A stretch of DNA of 64,000 nt. Origin: Candidatus Sericytochromatia bacterium (lineage in GTDB: Bacteria > Cyanobacteriota > Sericytochromatia > UBA7694). Shown piece after piece: positions 1 to 10,257 of the stretch (the first letter of the stretch is position 1; the number at the start of each line of letters is the position of its first letter). The position numbers and the translations under genes were made by a program. The stretch is taken from NCBI GenBank assembly GCA_018780035.1, contig JADMKE010000003.1, positions 274,753 to 338,752 on the forward strand, read 5' to 3'. A model generated the notes under the pieces. The model saw nothing but the letters and a program-made list of their open reading frames with translations. It was not told the DNA's origin and ran no database searches.

Positions 1-11
1 TCTCAGCTCCA

Positions 12-2651
12 TTGCAAGCTTTGGAATTGGATACCCAACGCCCTCCCAAAGATTTAGCTGCCCGTTGGCAGAAGTGGGGTCTAACAGAAAATTTAACCTA
101 TCAAACACCTGGATTCAGAGGCATGTTGTACTGGTGGGATCTTGAAAAGAATCGTCTCATTCAGCCCTTAGAAAAATCTGTTTGCAGCCCGGCTAACCAA
201 TTATCAAATCAAGCAAAACAATATCTCTGGCAATGGCACATTTACGGTATCCAGAAAAATGATCTGTATTATACTTGGTGTGCAGGCTCACCTGATATCA
301 AGATCTGGAAAATAAGCCTTGGCACGCTGTTAAAAACAATCCCCTTAAATCCCCCCCAACAGCCGATCGGAAACGGCTTTGATTTTGTCAGATTCCCCTC
401 TACTTCTCCGTTTGCTACAGATGGAAAATGGGCAGTGATCCGGGACAGTTGGCGCACTTTAAATATCCAGAACCAAGCAGGCAAAATCCTCAAACAGATT
501 CCCTGGCAGGGTGAACTAAAGGACTTTTACGTTTCAGAACCGTATATTTTTGCTGAGGATGAAGTCCAATCGATGCATATCTGGAAGCTTCCAGATTTCA
601 AAGCTTTGCCGAGTTGGAAAAAAAAATTAGTGCAAGGATTTCACTACAAAATTGGTCAAAATTTAGTGATTGTTGAAGTGCTTTTTTTTGACCCCTATAT
701 CCAGAAAGCAAAAGACCTCATATTTAAAATCGTCACATATGATTTACTCACAGGCAAAAAACTTCAGCAATACAATTTTCAGCAAGTTCAAAAATATGGT
801 GTTTGGCAAGATCGGATTTGGGTACAAACAGACCGTGCCTTGTGGATGATGCCCAAAGATCTGAAATCTGCCCCCCAATCCATGGGCGACCAATTTGCTT
901 TGCCCGATGATGCCCATGAATTAGAGTTTCCACATATTGCAGAACCCATTCCATTAAAGATTTATAGACCCTTTCAAGTTTTTCCCCCATTTGACTATAT
1001 CCCCACATTTCAAAATATATCGCGTCTCAATGTCTACGACTTGGAAACAGGCAAGCGTCTGAAACAATTGCCCCCGCATATCGAGCAACCAGTTTGGTTT
1101 CAGATCTTTCAAGGGAATCTCTTGGCGGTCTACAATAACCCTTTGCAGCCTCAAATTCGTCTGCTGTCTTTGCCTAACTTAGAAACCCTCTATGAACTCA
1201 ATGGACCACTCAGCGCCATAAAAGAAGTGGCTTGGGACGAAGGCTATTTATACACCCTGTCTGAAGAAGGCTTGCAGGTTTGGAATATTGCCACTGGCAA
1301 GTTAAGTCAAAGCTTTCAAATTCCTGGCTGTGAAATGGAAACCCTGCAAAATTATCAAGACATCCTCGTGACACCCTGTCGGCCTCTTTACACGCTCAAA
1401 CGCAAAAATACCCAAAGCTATTATGAAAAAGACACGCGCGGATTGAACAATGAATTTCACGTCTTTTTTAAAAGTAAAAATGTCCAAGGGTTACATCTTC
1501 AGTATGAAAAATACATGCGTTCATATAGCGGTTATGCTTCAACGATCAGACGGGGAGCCTTAAAATGGCCTTATCAATTGCAAAGGGAGGGATTCATCCC
1601 TGCTCATCGTGAAAAGACCGAATGGAAAATCTTGAGCTTTTCGCCCTTTTTGCTCTTGCAAGAACCGCAAAAAAAGAATATAAAAGTCTACCGCGCCCTG
1701 GATTCAACCACCCCTCATTTTCAAGTGGGAAATTTGCCTGGAGAGGTGGCTTATAATCTGATTCAAACCCCCTCAAAACTTACTATTTTGTTTTCCGGCC
1801 TCGGAGACCATTTCTGGCAGTGGGATTATACATCTCCTGCCAAAGTCCACAAACCCAATCAAAATCAAATTCCAGAAAGGGTTGAGGCATCTGAAATTGC
1901 AGAAGGGGGTCCCTCTCCTCCCGACTATTTGGTCAAAAGCGATTTTCGCTTTTATTTCGAACATATCCCACTTTCTTTTGAAAAACAGAATGCGATTTGG
2001 GAACACTATCGAGAGACTCGACGGCTTTATCTCAACAAACAAGTGAGCTATCTGATAACCCATCAGAACCACCTCTTGATGGTGGATTCAAAGACCTATA
2101 AAAAAGAGGCCGAAAAAGTTTTTCCCGAATCCGAATATATTGAAAAAGTCCACCCCTTGGGGGATCGCCTATTGATCCAATTAAAAAAACAGAGAGATAA
2201 TTCGGTTGAATACAACTCGGAGGAACCCAGACAGGCCTATTTCTATCTCTGGCATCCCAAGCAACCCCAACGCAGTTTTGCCTTTGAATACCCTGAAAAT
2301 GCCGTCGATGATTTGAGTTGGGGCCAAGGGCCTGAAGATACGCTGGTACTAAGACAAAACATAAGCGACAATCAAAAACACTACACTTACCTAAATATCA
2401 ACACAGGCCAAGTCACAGGCCGATTTAAGATCGTCTCAGACGGCCAAAATTTCTTGTTTGTCTTGCCTGAAGGCTATTTTGCTGGTTTGGGCCAATGGCA
2501 AGATCTGGCCTATTTCCGGGAAGGGGCTCAAACCTTTCCACTCACTCATTTCAAAACCTTTCACCGCCCAGACCTGGTTTGGAAAGCCCTGCAAGGAAAA
2601 GCCCTCGGCAAAGTGCCAAGCCTGCAATTAAAATGGGAGAAGCTATTGTGA
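12..2651 (+). CDS. Large beta-propeller/WD-like repeat protein (paralog A). May be 5'-partial because the frame is open to the window edge.
   Basis: 879-aa ORF. It has repeated '...YDLETGKRL...VWNIATGKL...' blade-like motifs. It is a clear paralog of the next gene ('DGKWAVIRDSWR' vs 'DGKWAVLREPRD'; 'YDLETGKRLKQL' vs 'YDLETGRQQTV'). Confidence 0.5.
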   Translation: MQALELDTQRPPKDLAARWQKWGLTENLTYQTPGFRGMLYWWDLEKNRLIQPLEKSVCSPANQLSNQAKQYLWQWHIYGIQKNDLYYTWCAGSPDIKIWKISLGTLLKTIPLNPPQQPIGNGFDFVRFPSTSPFATDGKWAVIRDSWRTLNIQNQAGKILKQIPWQGELKDFYVSEPYIFAEDEVQSMHIWKLPDFKALPSWKKKLVQGFHYKIGQNLVIVEVLFFDPYIQKAKDLIFKIVTYDLLTGKKLQQYNFQQVQKYGVWQDRIWVQTDRALWMMPKDLKSAPQSMGDQFALPDDAHELEFPHIAEPIPLKIYRPFQVFPPFDYIPTFQNISRLNVYDLETGKRLKQLPPHIEQPVWFQIFQGNLLAVYNNPLQPQIRLLSLPNLETLYELNGPLSAIKEVAWDEGYLYTLSEEGLQVWNIATGKLSQSFQIPGCEMETLQNYQDILVTPCRPLYTLKRKNTQSYYEKDTRGLNNEFHVFFKSKNVQGLHLQYEKYMRSYSGYASTIRRGALKWPYQLQREGFIPAHREKTEWKILSFSPFLLLQEPQKKNIKVYRALDSTTPHFQVGNLPGEVAYNLIQTPSKLTILFSGLGDHFWQWDYTSPAKVHKPNQNQIPERVEASEIAEGGPSPPDYLVKSDFRFYFEHIPLSFEKQNAIWEHYRETRRLYLNKQVSYLITHQNHLLMVDSKTYKKEAEKVFPESEYIEKVHPLGDRLLIQLKKQRDNSVEYNSEEPRQAYFYLWHPKQPQRSFAFEYPENAVDDLSWGQGPEDTLVLRQNISDNQKHYTYLNINTGQVTGRFKIVSDGQNFLFVLPEGYFAGLGQWQDLAYFREGAQTFPLTHFKTFHRPDLVWKALQGKALGKVPSLQLKWEKLL

Positions 2652-4264
2652 GAGCCATACACTTGTTCAAACTCCCTGTTTGTCTGTTTTTGCAGCTCCT
2701 TGGGCTGATGCTCTGTGCACATCAAGTCAATGCCCAAATATCCGAAGAACCCATCCAACTTTTAGCCCGGTACGATAAAATCGGCATTCTCGCAGACCTG
2801 GATTGTACGGGCCCCCAATTTGGCTGTTTGGGACGATTAAAAGCCCTCGATTTAAATAGCCTTGACCCGCTCCCTGTGCTTTCAGGATCTCTTTGTCCGA
2901 TGCCTCTCTATGAAGGATTGCTTGGGGGATACGCAACAGCCCCCAATTATCGGATTCAGGGGATTCAAAAAGGCCCTTTGCTTTATTCTTGGTGTACAGG
3001 GTCTGCAGCATTTCAGGTTTGGCATATTTCCACCCGCAAAAAAATCCGCGAAATTCCAATTCAAGCAGAAAGACCTTGGTTTGAGCCCTTTTATCTTTAT
3101 CATAGCCAAACCCATTGGGCCAGTGATGGAAAATGGGCCGTCTTACGCGAACCCAGAGATCGCTTGGTTTTGGCCGATCAAGCGGGAAATATTTTAGCAA
3201 AAACACCATTGCCCAGTACAATTAGGACTGCTCAAAAGAATGAAAATTATGCCTGGACCAGCTTTGGACGTTCTCGCTCCCAGGCTTATCCACCCATTTG
3301 GGAAACCTGGGCACAAATCTGGGCCTACCCCAGCTTAAAACCCCTGGCACAGTGGAAAATGCCCGACCACAACGGAAAAATATGGTTGTTTCAGAAATTT
3401 GGTCTCCGGTTTCAATCCTGTGTCCGGCCCGAAAACGAGACGGACAATGCAGATTGGTTCTGTGCAAAAAAGCTGAAACCACACACCTTAGAAGTGGATT
3501 GGATAGAGCCGCTGACAGGAAAAACAATCAAAAAAATGATCATCAATCAGATTCAAACCTATGGATTTTTGAATCGGGGGTGGTGGGTTCTCTCTCAAAA
3601 TAAATTGAAGGTATTTGGTCAAACCCCTTCAGACAGGCCTATTGAAACTCCCTCTCAAATGGGGCTTGATTGCAAGAAAAAGGGGTATAATAAACAAATT
3701 GATATATTTTGTGCTCGTCAAGTCCCCGTAAATGCAAAAAAAACCGAATTTCAAATCGAAAATACCCATGCCTTGGGGGTTTACGACCTGGAAACAGGGC
3801 GACAGCAGACAGTTATATCGACTGGCGAAAATGAACCTTGGTTTCATGTCTACCAAGGACATTTGCTCAGATTTAATCCCGACCCCATGAAGCCACGTTT
3901 TTCTTGGCTCAATTTGGACACATTGGTAGAAACAGAGTTTAACGGCCCAGATTTACCAATCCAAGCGATTGCGATTGAAAATAATCTTTTGATCACGGCT
4001 GATTCAAGCGCTTTGCGCTTTTGGAACTTGGACAGTCGCAAAGAGCTATTTAAACGTCCCTTTCAAGCCTGTAAACCCGAACAAATAGAAATCACAGCCC
4101 AAGAAATTGTCTATCTCTGCAGTCGACAAGAGGTGGGGGGACGGGACAGCGAAGGCACTTATCGCCGGGCCCGACGCCATGTTTTGCGCAGCACACTCAA
4201 AAAAGATTCACAAGACTGGGACAAGAGCTTTCAAACAGAGTGGATGGAGATTAAAACACCATGA
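2633..4264 (+). CDS. Secreted beta-propeller/WD-like repeat protein (paralog B)
   Basis: The ORF-track start at 2495 is unlikely. An internal ATG at 2633 gives 'MGEAIVRAIHLFKLPVCLFLQLLGLMLCAHQVNAQ', a signal-peptide-like N-terminus. Paralogous to 12..2651 and overlaps its 3' end by 19 nt. Confidence 0.5.
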   Translation: MGEAIVRAIHLFKLPVCLFLQLLGLMLCAHQVNAQISEEPIQLLARYDKIGILADLDCTGPQFGCLGRLKALDLNSLDPLPVLSGSLCPMPLYEGLLGGYATAPNYRIQGIQKGPLLYSWCTGSAAFQVWHISTRKKIREIPIQAERPWFEPFYLYHSQTHWASDGKWAVLREPRDRLVLADQAGNILAKTPLPSTIRTAQKNENYAWTSFGRSRSQAYPPIWETWAQIWAYPSLKPLAQWKMPDHNGKIWLFQKFGLRFQSCVRPENETDNADWFCAKKLKPHTLEVDWIEPLTGKTIKKMIINQIQTYGFLNRGWWVLSQNKLKVFGQTPSDRPIETPSQMGLDCKKKGYNKQIDIFCARQVPVNAKKTEFQIENTHALGVYDLETGRQQTVISTGENEPWFHVYQGHLLRFNPDPMKPRFSWLNLDTLVETEFNGPDLPIQAIAIENNLLITADSSALRFWNLDSRKELFKRPFQACKPEQIEITAQEIVYLCSRQEVGGRDSEGTYRRARRHVLRSTLKKDSQDWDKSFQTEWMEIKTP

Positions 4265-5673
4265 AAAGGGCTTTTTTACTGTTTTCAATCCTGTTCCTGA
4301 GCCGCCCCATCCCTGCGACGGCTGAAACAGAACCCGTCCACTGGTCACAGTTTCAGGGCTCAGCCAGTCACAGCGGCAGCAGCAACGCCTTCTCACAGGG
4401 ATTGCCTCAGATTATTTGGAAAGCCCCTGTCGGTCTGCTCGGTTATCTCAATAACCCAATTGTGGCTCAAGGACGGGTCTGGGTGCCCAGTTCAGGCAAT
4501 GAATGGGAAGATTTTGAAAATGAATATTATTATTCTTATGATTCACCGCGACACAAGGCCAAGGTCTATCAAAAAGAAGGACTACGGGTCTTGGATTTTC
4601 TGTCAGGCAAAGAAATCAAATTTCTGCCCACAGCCGCTAATGCTCGGACTGTGGCTGAACACGAGGGCTGGGTGGTCTACACAAGCAATGCCGGAGAGGT
4701 CAAAGCGCTCCATCCCGAAACAGGTAAAATCTGGCAAATACCTTTGCTGAGTATTGATCCCCGCAAAGTAAAAATCAGGCCTCTGCCTGAAACCTATGGC
4801 GTAACTTTGATAGAAGATCTCGCCATTGTCGGAGACAGTGCAGGCCGCGTGCGGGTCTATTCGTTGGATACAGGTAAATTGCGCTGGCAAGCAGAACTCA
4901 AGGGTGAAATTCGTGCCTATCCCAGTGTGGCTGAGGGGATGATCTACCTTGTGAGTACGGGAGGCGAAGTCAAAGCCCTGGATCTGCAAGGGAAATTGCG
5001 CTGGCAGACAGTCATAGACATTCCTTTTCCGCCAGCTTCCAGGCGTACAGATCACTACCGGGGAGAACTCTTTGCCACCCCCAAAATCGCCGGGGATCTG
5101 CTTTTGCTGCCACTGTTGCGCCGGAGCCGCTATCCAGGCCCCGCCCTCTGGGCCCTGAATCGCCAGAGCGGGGAGTTGGTTTGGCATGCCAGTGATCCCC
5201 AAGGCTTGGCCCCTGATTATGGCAATTTGCGCAGCTCTCCTGCTTTGGCCGGTGATTTGGCGATCTGGGCCGAACCCGAATCGAATCGGGTCGTGGCTCT
5301 GAATTGGAAAAAGGGAGTGGTCGCTTGGGTCAAATCTGTCGGTTTTGCCATGCCTATTCAGTGGGCTTCGCCCTTGGTGAGGGGAAATCAGGTGATAGTG
5401 CCGCGCTCTGATGGGGGAATTTATGCTCTCGACACCCAATCAGGCCAGCTCCAGTGGCAGTTTTATCTGGGTTCAGTCACACAGGCTGGCCCTGACTTTC
5501 CGGCCAAAATTGTGCCCAAAGAAATGATTAAACCCCAAAATGATTATGAAAAAGACTGGAACCCCTATCATCCCAATACAGGAGACATGATCTTTGCCAG
5601 CCCTGCGCTGGGCCCTAATGGCGATTTGTTGGTGGCCTGCAATGGCTGGTTGTATCGCCTGGGCAAGATTTGA
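4261..5673 (+). CDS. Secreted PQQ-like beta-propeller repeat protein (BamB-like fold)
   Basis: Signal peptide 'MKRAFLLFSILFLSRPIPATA'. Repeated 'GEVKALHPETGKIWQ / GRVRVYSLDTGKLRWQ / GGEVKALDLQGKLRWQ / IYALDTQSGQLQWQ' PQQ-type blades. Its start overlaps the upstream stop by 4 nt (ATGA). Confidence 0.6.
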   Translation: MKRAFLLFSILFLSRPIPATAETEPVHWSQFQGSASHSGSSNAFSQGLPQIIWKAPVGLLGYLNNPIVAQGRVWVPSSGNEWEDFENEYYYSYDSPRHKAKVYQKEGLRVLDFLSGKEIKFLPTAANARTVAEHEGWVVYTSNAGEVKALHPETGKIWQIPLLSIDPRKVKIRPLPETYGVTLIEDLAIVGDSAGRVRVYSLDTGKLRWQAELKGEIRAYPSVAEGMIYLVSTGGEVKALDLQGKLRWQTVIDIPFPPASRRTDHYRGELFATPKIAGDLLLLPLLRRSRYPGPALWALNRQSGELVWHASDPQGLAPDYGNLRSSPALAGDLAIWAEPESNRVVALNWKKGVVAWVKSVGFAMPIQWASPLVRGNQVIVPRSDGGIYALDTQSGQLQWQFYLGSVTQAGPDFPAKIVPKEMIKPQNDYEKDWNPYHPNTGDMIFASPALGPNGDLLVACNGWLYRLGKI

Positions 5674-5721
5674 TCAGATCTTGGGCTATACTGAAGCAGC
5701 ACCTGTTGAGGAGAATCCCAA

Positions 5722-6129
5722 ATGTCAAAATTCGCACTTTCTCTGATTTTACTCTCATTCACAGCTCTCTCTGCCTGCCAGAGCAATGGCTCCAATTCAA
5801 ATCCCCAGGGCAGCAGCACACCTGTCGCTTCTAGCAGCCCCAATACACCCCTGCCCGGCGGTGAAACCCAACAGGCCACAGATAGCCCCCAGGCCAAAGC
5901 CATGTTAATCAACGCCCAAAACCTGCTCAACCAAAAATACCTCAACGCAGGCATTGTACTCAGCGATTTAACGTCTTATACCACCCAGGTCGTGGCTGGC
6001 AGCAATCACCGCCTGCAGGCCACTTATAGCAATAGTGCGGGCAAAAAAGGCCAGATCAAAGTGACCATTTTTCAAGACTTAAATGGGGCCATGAGCCTGA
6101 CCGACGACAATTATCCCGCGCCCAATTAA
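5722..6129 (+). CDS. Small lipoprotein with a cystatin-like Q-V-V-A-G motif
   Basis: Lipobox 'LSFTALSAC'. Low-complexity S/P linker, then 'TQVVAGSNHRLQATYSN...QIKVTIFQD'. QxVxG is the cystatin/stefin signature. The assignment is tentative. Confidence 0.45.
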   Translation: MSKFALSLILLSFTALSACQSNGSNSNPQGSSTPVASSSPNTPLPGGETQQATDSPQAKAMLINAQNLLNQKYLNAGIVLSDLTSYTTQVVAGSNHRLQATYSNSAGKKGQIKVTIFQDLNGAMSLTDDNYPAPN

Positions 6130-6134
6130 CCGTT

Positions 6135-7424
6135 TCACTCACGCGGCGTCTGCTCATACGCGCGCAAAGCGGCTTGAAAAAGTGCATCACTTAAACCCGA
6201 ATCAAAAGGGGCTGACCAATCCCAAACTGCCTCTGCGTTTGAGGCTCCATTTGGGTGATTCAATTTCATTGCGGCTTTGATAAAAGGCCGGTGATGGTAA
6301 ATCGTGGGGGCAAAGCGCCCCAATACATTTGGCAATTGCTTTTGCAGGCCCAGGGCCCAAAGGGCTTGGGTGAGGGCATGCAGGGCTGAGACCAACGGCT
6401 CCAATTGCAGCAAAAGCCGGTTTTGCTGGGATTCAATCCAATCCCAGAGTTCGGCTTGGCTTTGCCAGCGTGCCCAGACCTCTGCATAATGGCCCTGCAA
6501 AGCCCCATGGGCCAATTGCAGGGTCAGTTCGTTGAGGATCTCCAGCCGGGTCTGTGTCTGATCGCTGTCGGAAACATAAACCGCAGGCAGGTTTAAACAC
6601 ATGGCTTGCCAGAGTGTTTCCACACTCAAAAATGCCGCATTTTTATTCAAATGAATGCTGTCGAGTGCAAATTCAGGCTTGCGGATGTTCTGCTCAGTTA
6701 CCTGCTCCCAAATACTGACCCAGCCCACCTGATGCAAAGCCGCCGTTTCTGCCAGCACTTGATTCATCAGCAAAAGGGCTTTGCTGCGCACTTTTAAAGG
6801 GCAGCGATAACCATAAATCCGCGCGAACTCGTCATCGTCTGGGGTTTGGGGCACGAGGTCATGCAGAAAGAGGTGGTCAAAGCCCAATTGCTTGAGCTGG
6901 TTTAAACCGCGAAAGAGCGGCTTAATCAGATCTTTGAGATAGTTGCGGGCCGTTTCATAGGGGAAGATCTGGCGTGGCCCCGGCTCAGGGCAAGCTGCCA
7001 GCAAGTGTTCCTGATCAGGCAGAAAGAAGTCATTGTCATTGCCCAGATGGCGCAAAAAAAGATTGACCAGATCGGCACTGCCACAGAAAAAGACCAAGAC
7101 AGGTGCCGCTGCCACCCGGCCCGCCAAAAAGCTGAGCAGGCCAGCCTGCGGACTCTCAAATTGGTAGAGGGCCTTGTTTTCGCGGTCAATCAGGCAATCG
7201 CTGAGCAGTGCCCGCAAAACCGTCTCATGCAGGCGTACCTGGGGTTGATCGGGGGCATTGGCAAAGGTATGGGCCGCCAGACCTGGGCAGTAGCGGGCTT
7301 GGGTCAAAAGCGAATAGCGCTGGTCTTGGTGCTCTGCTTCAAAGAGCAGATGGTTAAAGACCAAACACTGGCTGTCGCCGAGCATGTAGATGGGGGCGGG
7401 GCGGCCCAAGAAGTGGGTGGACAT
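6135..7424 (-). CDS. Hypothetical protein (429 aa)
   Basis: Long ORF convergent with the lipoprotein gene. No motif I can name. Confidence 0.4.
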   Translation of the reverse strand: MSTHFLGRPAPIYMLGDSQCLVFNHLLFEAEHQDQRYSLLTQARYCPGLAAHTFANAPDQPQVRLHETVLRALLSDCLIDRENKALYQFESPQAGLLSFLAGRVAAAPVLVFFCGSADLVNLFLRHLGNDNDFFLPDQEHLLAACPEPGPRQIFPYETARNYLKDLIKPLFRGLNQLKQLGFDHLFLHDLVPQTPDDDEFARIYGYRCPLKVRSKALLLMNQVLAETAALHQVGWVSIWEQVTEQNIRKPEFALDSIHLNKNAAFLSVETLWQAMCLNLPAVYVSDSDQTQTRLEILNELTLQLAHGALQGHYAEVWARWQSQAELWDWIESQQNRLLLQLEPLVSALHALTQALWALGLQKQLPNVLGRFAPTIYHHRPFIKAAMKLNHPNGASNAEAVWDWSAPFDSGLSDALFQAALRAYEQTPRE

Positions 7425-7428
7425 AAGG

Positions 7429-10257
7429 CTATTTTAACCCAGGGGCTTGGTGCCAGGGGTTAAGACTTTTTTTCCCTTGAACAGGCACCTGATTCAAAAG
7501 TGGGATCTCAAGCTCTTGTGTGCGATTAAATAAGCTGATTTCTTCGCATAAAGTGTTTGTTTCAGCAGGGGTTAAGCCATAACCCAGTGGGTAAGTTTTA
7601 CCTGATTTATCACGGGCAATTAAACCTGTGCCCGTTTCAAGTGGGGTCAATTGTAAATCCTGGAGCTCAATTTGGCGGTGCCATTTTTTGTTTAAAAATT
7701 GATATGTAAACCTGGTGGAGTCTGCCCCCAATTGGATAACTGTTTTGAGACAGGCCCAGTAAAAGATCCGCAAAAAACACCACAGACCCAAGCCCCAAAG
7801 GGCGAAAGAATACGTCTGCAATAAAACTGAAAAGATGTCATGTTTCAAGCCAAAGAAACCGATCGGATCTTGAATAAACGTGAGATTACTTTGATATTCA
7901 ACCAAGGTTCGTGCCACAAACCCCGCAGCAAGAAAAAAAGCTCCAGCAAAAAAAGGTTTTTTCATTTGCCATTGCAAATCCATGGCTGAAATCTGAATCA
8001 AGATATGGTTTTCCCCTGTTTGAGATTGAATCCGATTTTTACGTGTCATTTCTAAATCTGGATAAAATTGAAAGTCTTTTGCTGTTTGAGCCAAAACAGA
8101 TTTAAACAGGGGATGTGCAATTGTTGGGGTAAATTTAAAATACTCTGCCAAAGACTTTAATATCCATTGGGTATCTTCAAGCGAAAGAGTATACGCCAAA
8201 GTCGTTTGTTTACCGCCTTTTTCACTCAGAATCAGATCGTTGCTGCGACTGCTCCCCAAAATAGCAACCCGATGGAAATCAACCAAATTGGCCATCTTCA
8301 GTTCAGAGGTCTTGACAAAACCAAATAAAAAATTAGAAATTTTGATTTTGTCAGGTTGCAAAACGATTTCAGTCTGAAATAATCCGGTGCTAAGTTTGAA
8401 AAACAAGTAGCGAAAAGCGTAAATACTGATAGGAAAACAAGCCAAAAATATGACTGTAATGTATAAACCATAAGTATAAATATCTCCCCATGATTGAAAT
8501 TCCATCGTCATACGAATATGGTTGACTGAAGTTCGATTGAAATAAAAGGTGTTCACCCAAAATAGAAAATAGACAGGGCTGATTAGGAGGGGAAAAAACA
8601 GGCAAAAGTCCCAAATCAAAGCCGTCTTTTTCGGGGCAATGTTTATCTTTAAATCAGTGTGTGAAGCACCAAAGGAGATTCGACTCCAAGTATTTAAGCT
8701 ATGCAGACGTTGACGCAACGATTGAAAAGGAATTATTCCGATAGATTTTTTCCAGACAAGGTGATAGGCCCAGGCCAAGAATACCCTCATCTGCCGCTGA
8801 TTAACAATAAGCAATTTTGTTATCTTTTGGCGTCTGGAATGAGGGGAGACCAGCGAATTCTGGATTAAGCTCTCTGCTTGTTCAGGATTATCTGCTAGCA
8901 AATACTGATAGAGATATTCTGTCATTTCCCGGGCCTCAGCAGTCGAGCAAAAGAGCGGCCCTTCGTGTTCAATTTGGGTTTTTTCTCCCAAATACAGCGT
9001 TTCAGTCATGGTCAAGAAATTAAACCGTGACCTGATAGAGTTCAATTCAGAGGTGGCCCCTTCTGTTTCCCATTTAAATTTGTGCCAACGTGAAATAATT
9101 TGAAACCGATCCGGTTGAACCTGAATTTGGGTAATAATCTGAGACAAGACCAAACGAACGCCCACGATAAACCCACCCAACAGGACAAAAAATGGCGTTT
9201 GAGCCAACCAATATATTATCCAAAAAAACTGCGCTGTGATTGGGTCTTGAGAAAAGATCAAAACTTTTAGGTCAGGAGAATAAACAAACAAACCCAAGAC
9301 TTGATAATACAACCAAAAAAGAATCAAAGACCCCCCCAAGTATCCTTTGGTACCCAAAATTTTTTGAAAGCCCGGCCTATTGAAGGTCAATTTAAGTCCC
9401 GTGCCTCGGGCTTGAACCAAGAGCCGAGGTCCCTTGTTAGAAGAAGAGAGATCATTCCCTTGTTCCAGAGCATCTAAAGCTTGTGTTGCAGTTTGATAGC
9501 GATTTTCAACCTCAGGGGCTAAAAGCTGATCTAACCAATTTTTGAGCGATTTGTCCAGTTGCAGCTCTGGCGGGAATTGAATTTTCATCCCCTTGCGGGG
9601 CAATTCAGCAGGATCTTTGCCTGTGAGTAGATGCAACAAAGTCGCTCCCAGTGCATAGAGGTCACTGGCCGGAAGTGTTTTGCCACTGAATTGTTCTGGT
9701 GGCATATAGCCAAAGGTGCCTACCACCGTAGAACCACCATCTGGATTGAGCACACCTTGTACCGAGCCCAAATCAACCAAATGGATCTGGTCTTGGCTAT
9801 CTAAGATCAGATTGCCGGGTTTGATATCCCTGTGAATGATGGGCGGGTTAAAACTGTGCAAATGCACCAGCAAGCCCAAGATCTGTTGGGCAATTTGACG
9901 AATTTCCTGGGCATCTGGTTTCCAACCTGATTCCAAAGCGGCTTGCAAAGACTGTCCTTCGGCCCAAGTACAAACCAAATACAAATAGGTTTCTTTGTCT
10001 GTCTCGCGCTGAAAGGTATCCAAATAAGTGGGCAAATGGGGATGGTTCAATTGTCTCAATGTGGCCATTTCCCGTTCAAACAGCTCAAGAACCTTCCAGC
10101 TTAACAATTTATCTAAGCTGAGTTCTTTGAGAACCACCGTCTGGCCAGTCTCAGTATTCTGGGCTTCGGCCGTGATCAACTGCGGGGAGAGATGCAATAA
10201 ACATTTAACGCTGTATTGCCCATTTTCTCCGTTTAAACACTCACCAACATTGATCAT
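7429..10257 (-). CDS. Ser/Thr protein kinase fused to a large polytopic membrane region (repeated 2-TM + soluble modules, possibly bPH-like)
   Basis: Kinase motifs 'VVLKEL', 'HRDIKPGNLILD', 'DLGSV', 'GTFGYMPPEQF'. The C-terminal ~600 aa contain multiple hydrophobic helix pairs. The start is taken at the ATG (10257) that overlaps the upstream stop as ATGA, rather than the 10323 start in the ORF track. Confidence 0.7.
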   Translation of the reverse strand: MINVGECLNGENGQYSVKCLLHLSPQLITAEAQNTETGQTVVLKELSLDKLLSWKVLELFEREMATLRQLNHPHLPTYLDTFQRETDKETYLYLVCTWAEGQSLQAALESGWKPDAQEIRQIAQQILGLLVHLHSFNPPIIHRDIKPGNLILDSQDQIHLVDLGSVQGVLNPDGGSTVVGTFGYMPPEQFSGKTLPASDLYALGATLLHLLTGKDPAELPRKGMKIQFPPELQLDKSLKNWLDQLLAPEVENRYQTATQALDALEQGNDLSSSNKGPRLLVQARGTGLKLTFNRPGFQKILGTKGYLGGSLILFWLYYQVLGLFVYSPDLKVLIFSQDPITAQFFWIIYWLAQTPFFVLLGGFIVGVRLVLSQIITQIQVQPDRFQIISRWHKFKWETEGATSELNSIRSRFNFLTMTETLYLGEKTQIEHEGPLFCSTAEAREMTEYLYQYLLADNPEQAESLIQNSLVSPHSRRQKITKLLIVNQRQMRVFLAWAYHLVWKKSIGIIPFQSLRQRLHSLNTWSRISFGASHTDLKINIAPKKTALIWDFCLFFPLLISPVYFLFWVNTFYFNRTSVNHIRMTMEFQSWGDIYTYGLYITVIFLACFPISIYAFRYLFFKLSTGLFQTEIVLQPDKIKISNFLFGFVKTSELKMANLVDFHRVAILGSSRSNDLILSEKGGKQTTLAYTLSLEDTQWILKSLAEYFKFTPTIAHPLFKSVLAQTAKDFQFYPDLEMTRKNRIQSQTGENHILIQISAMDLQWQMKKPFFAGAFFLAAGFVARTLVEYQSNLTFIQDPIGFFGLKHDIFSVLLQTYSFALWGLGLWCFLRIFYWACLKTVIQLGADSTRFTYQFLNKKWHRQIELQDLQLTPLETGTGLIARDKSGKTYPLGYGLTPAETNTLCEEISLFNRTQELEIPLLNQVPVQGKKSLNPWHQAPGLK

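Noticed and set aside
4603-5439. 278-aa ORF antisense to the PQQ-propeller gene
   Set aside because: It is fully embedded on the opposite strand of a gene with clear repeats and a signal peptide. Its sequence is Gly/Arg/Pro-rich junk.
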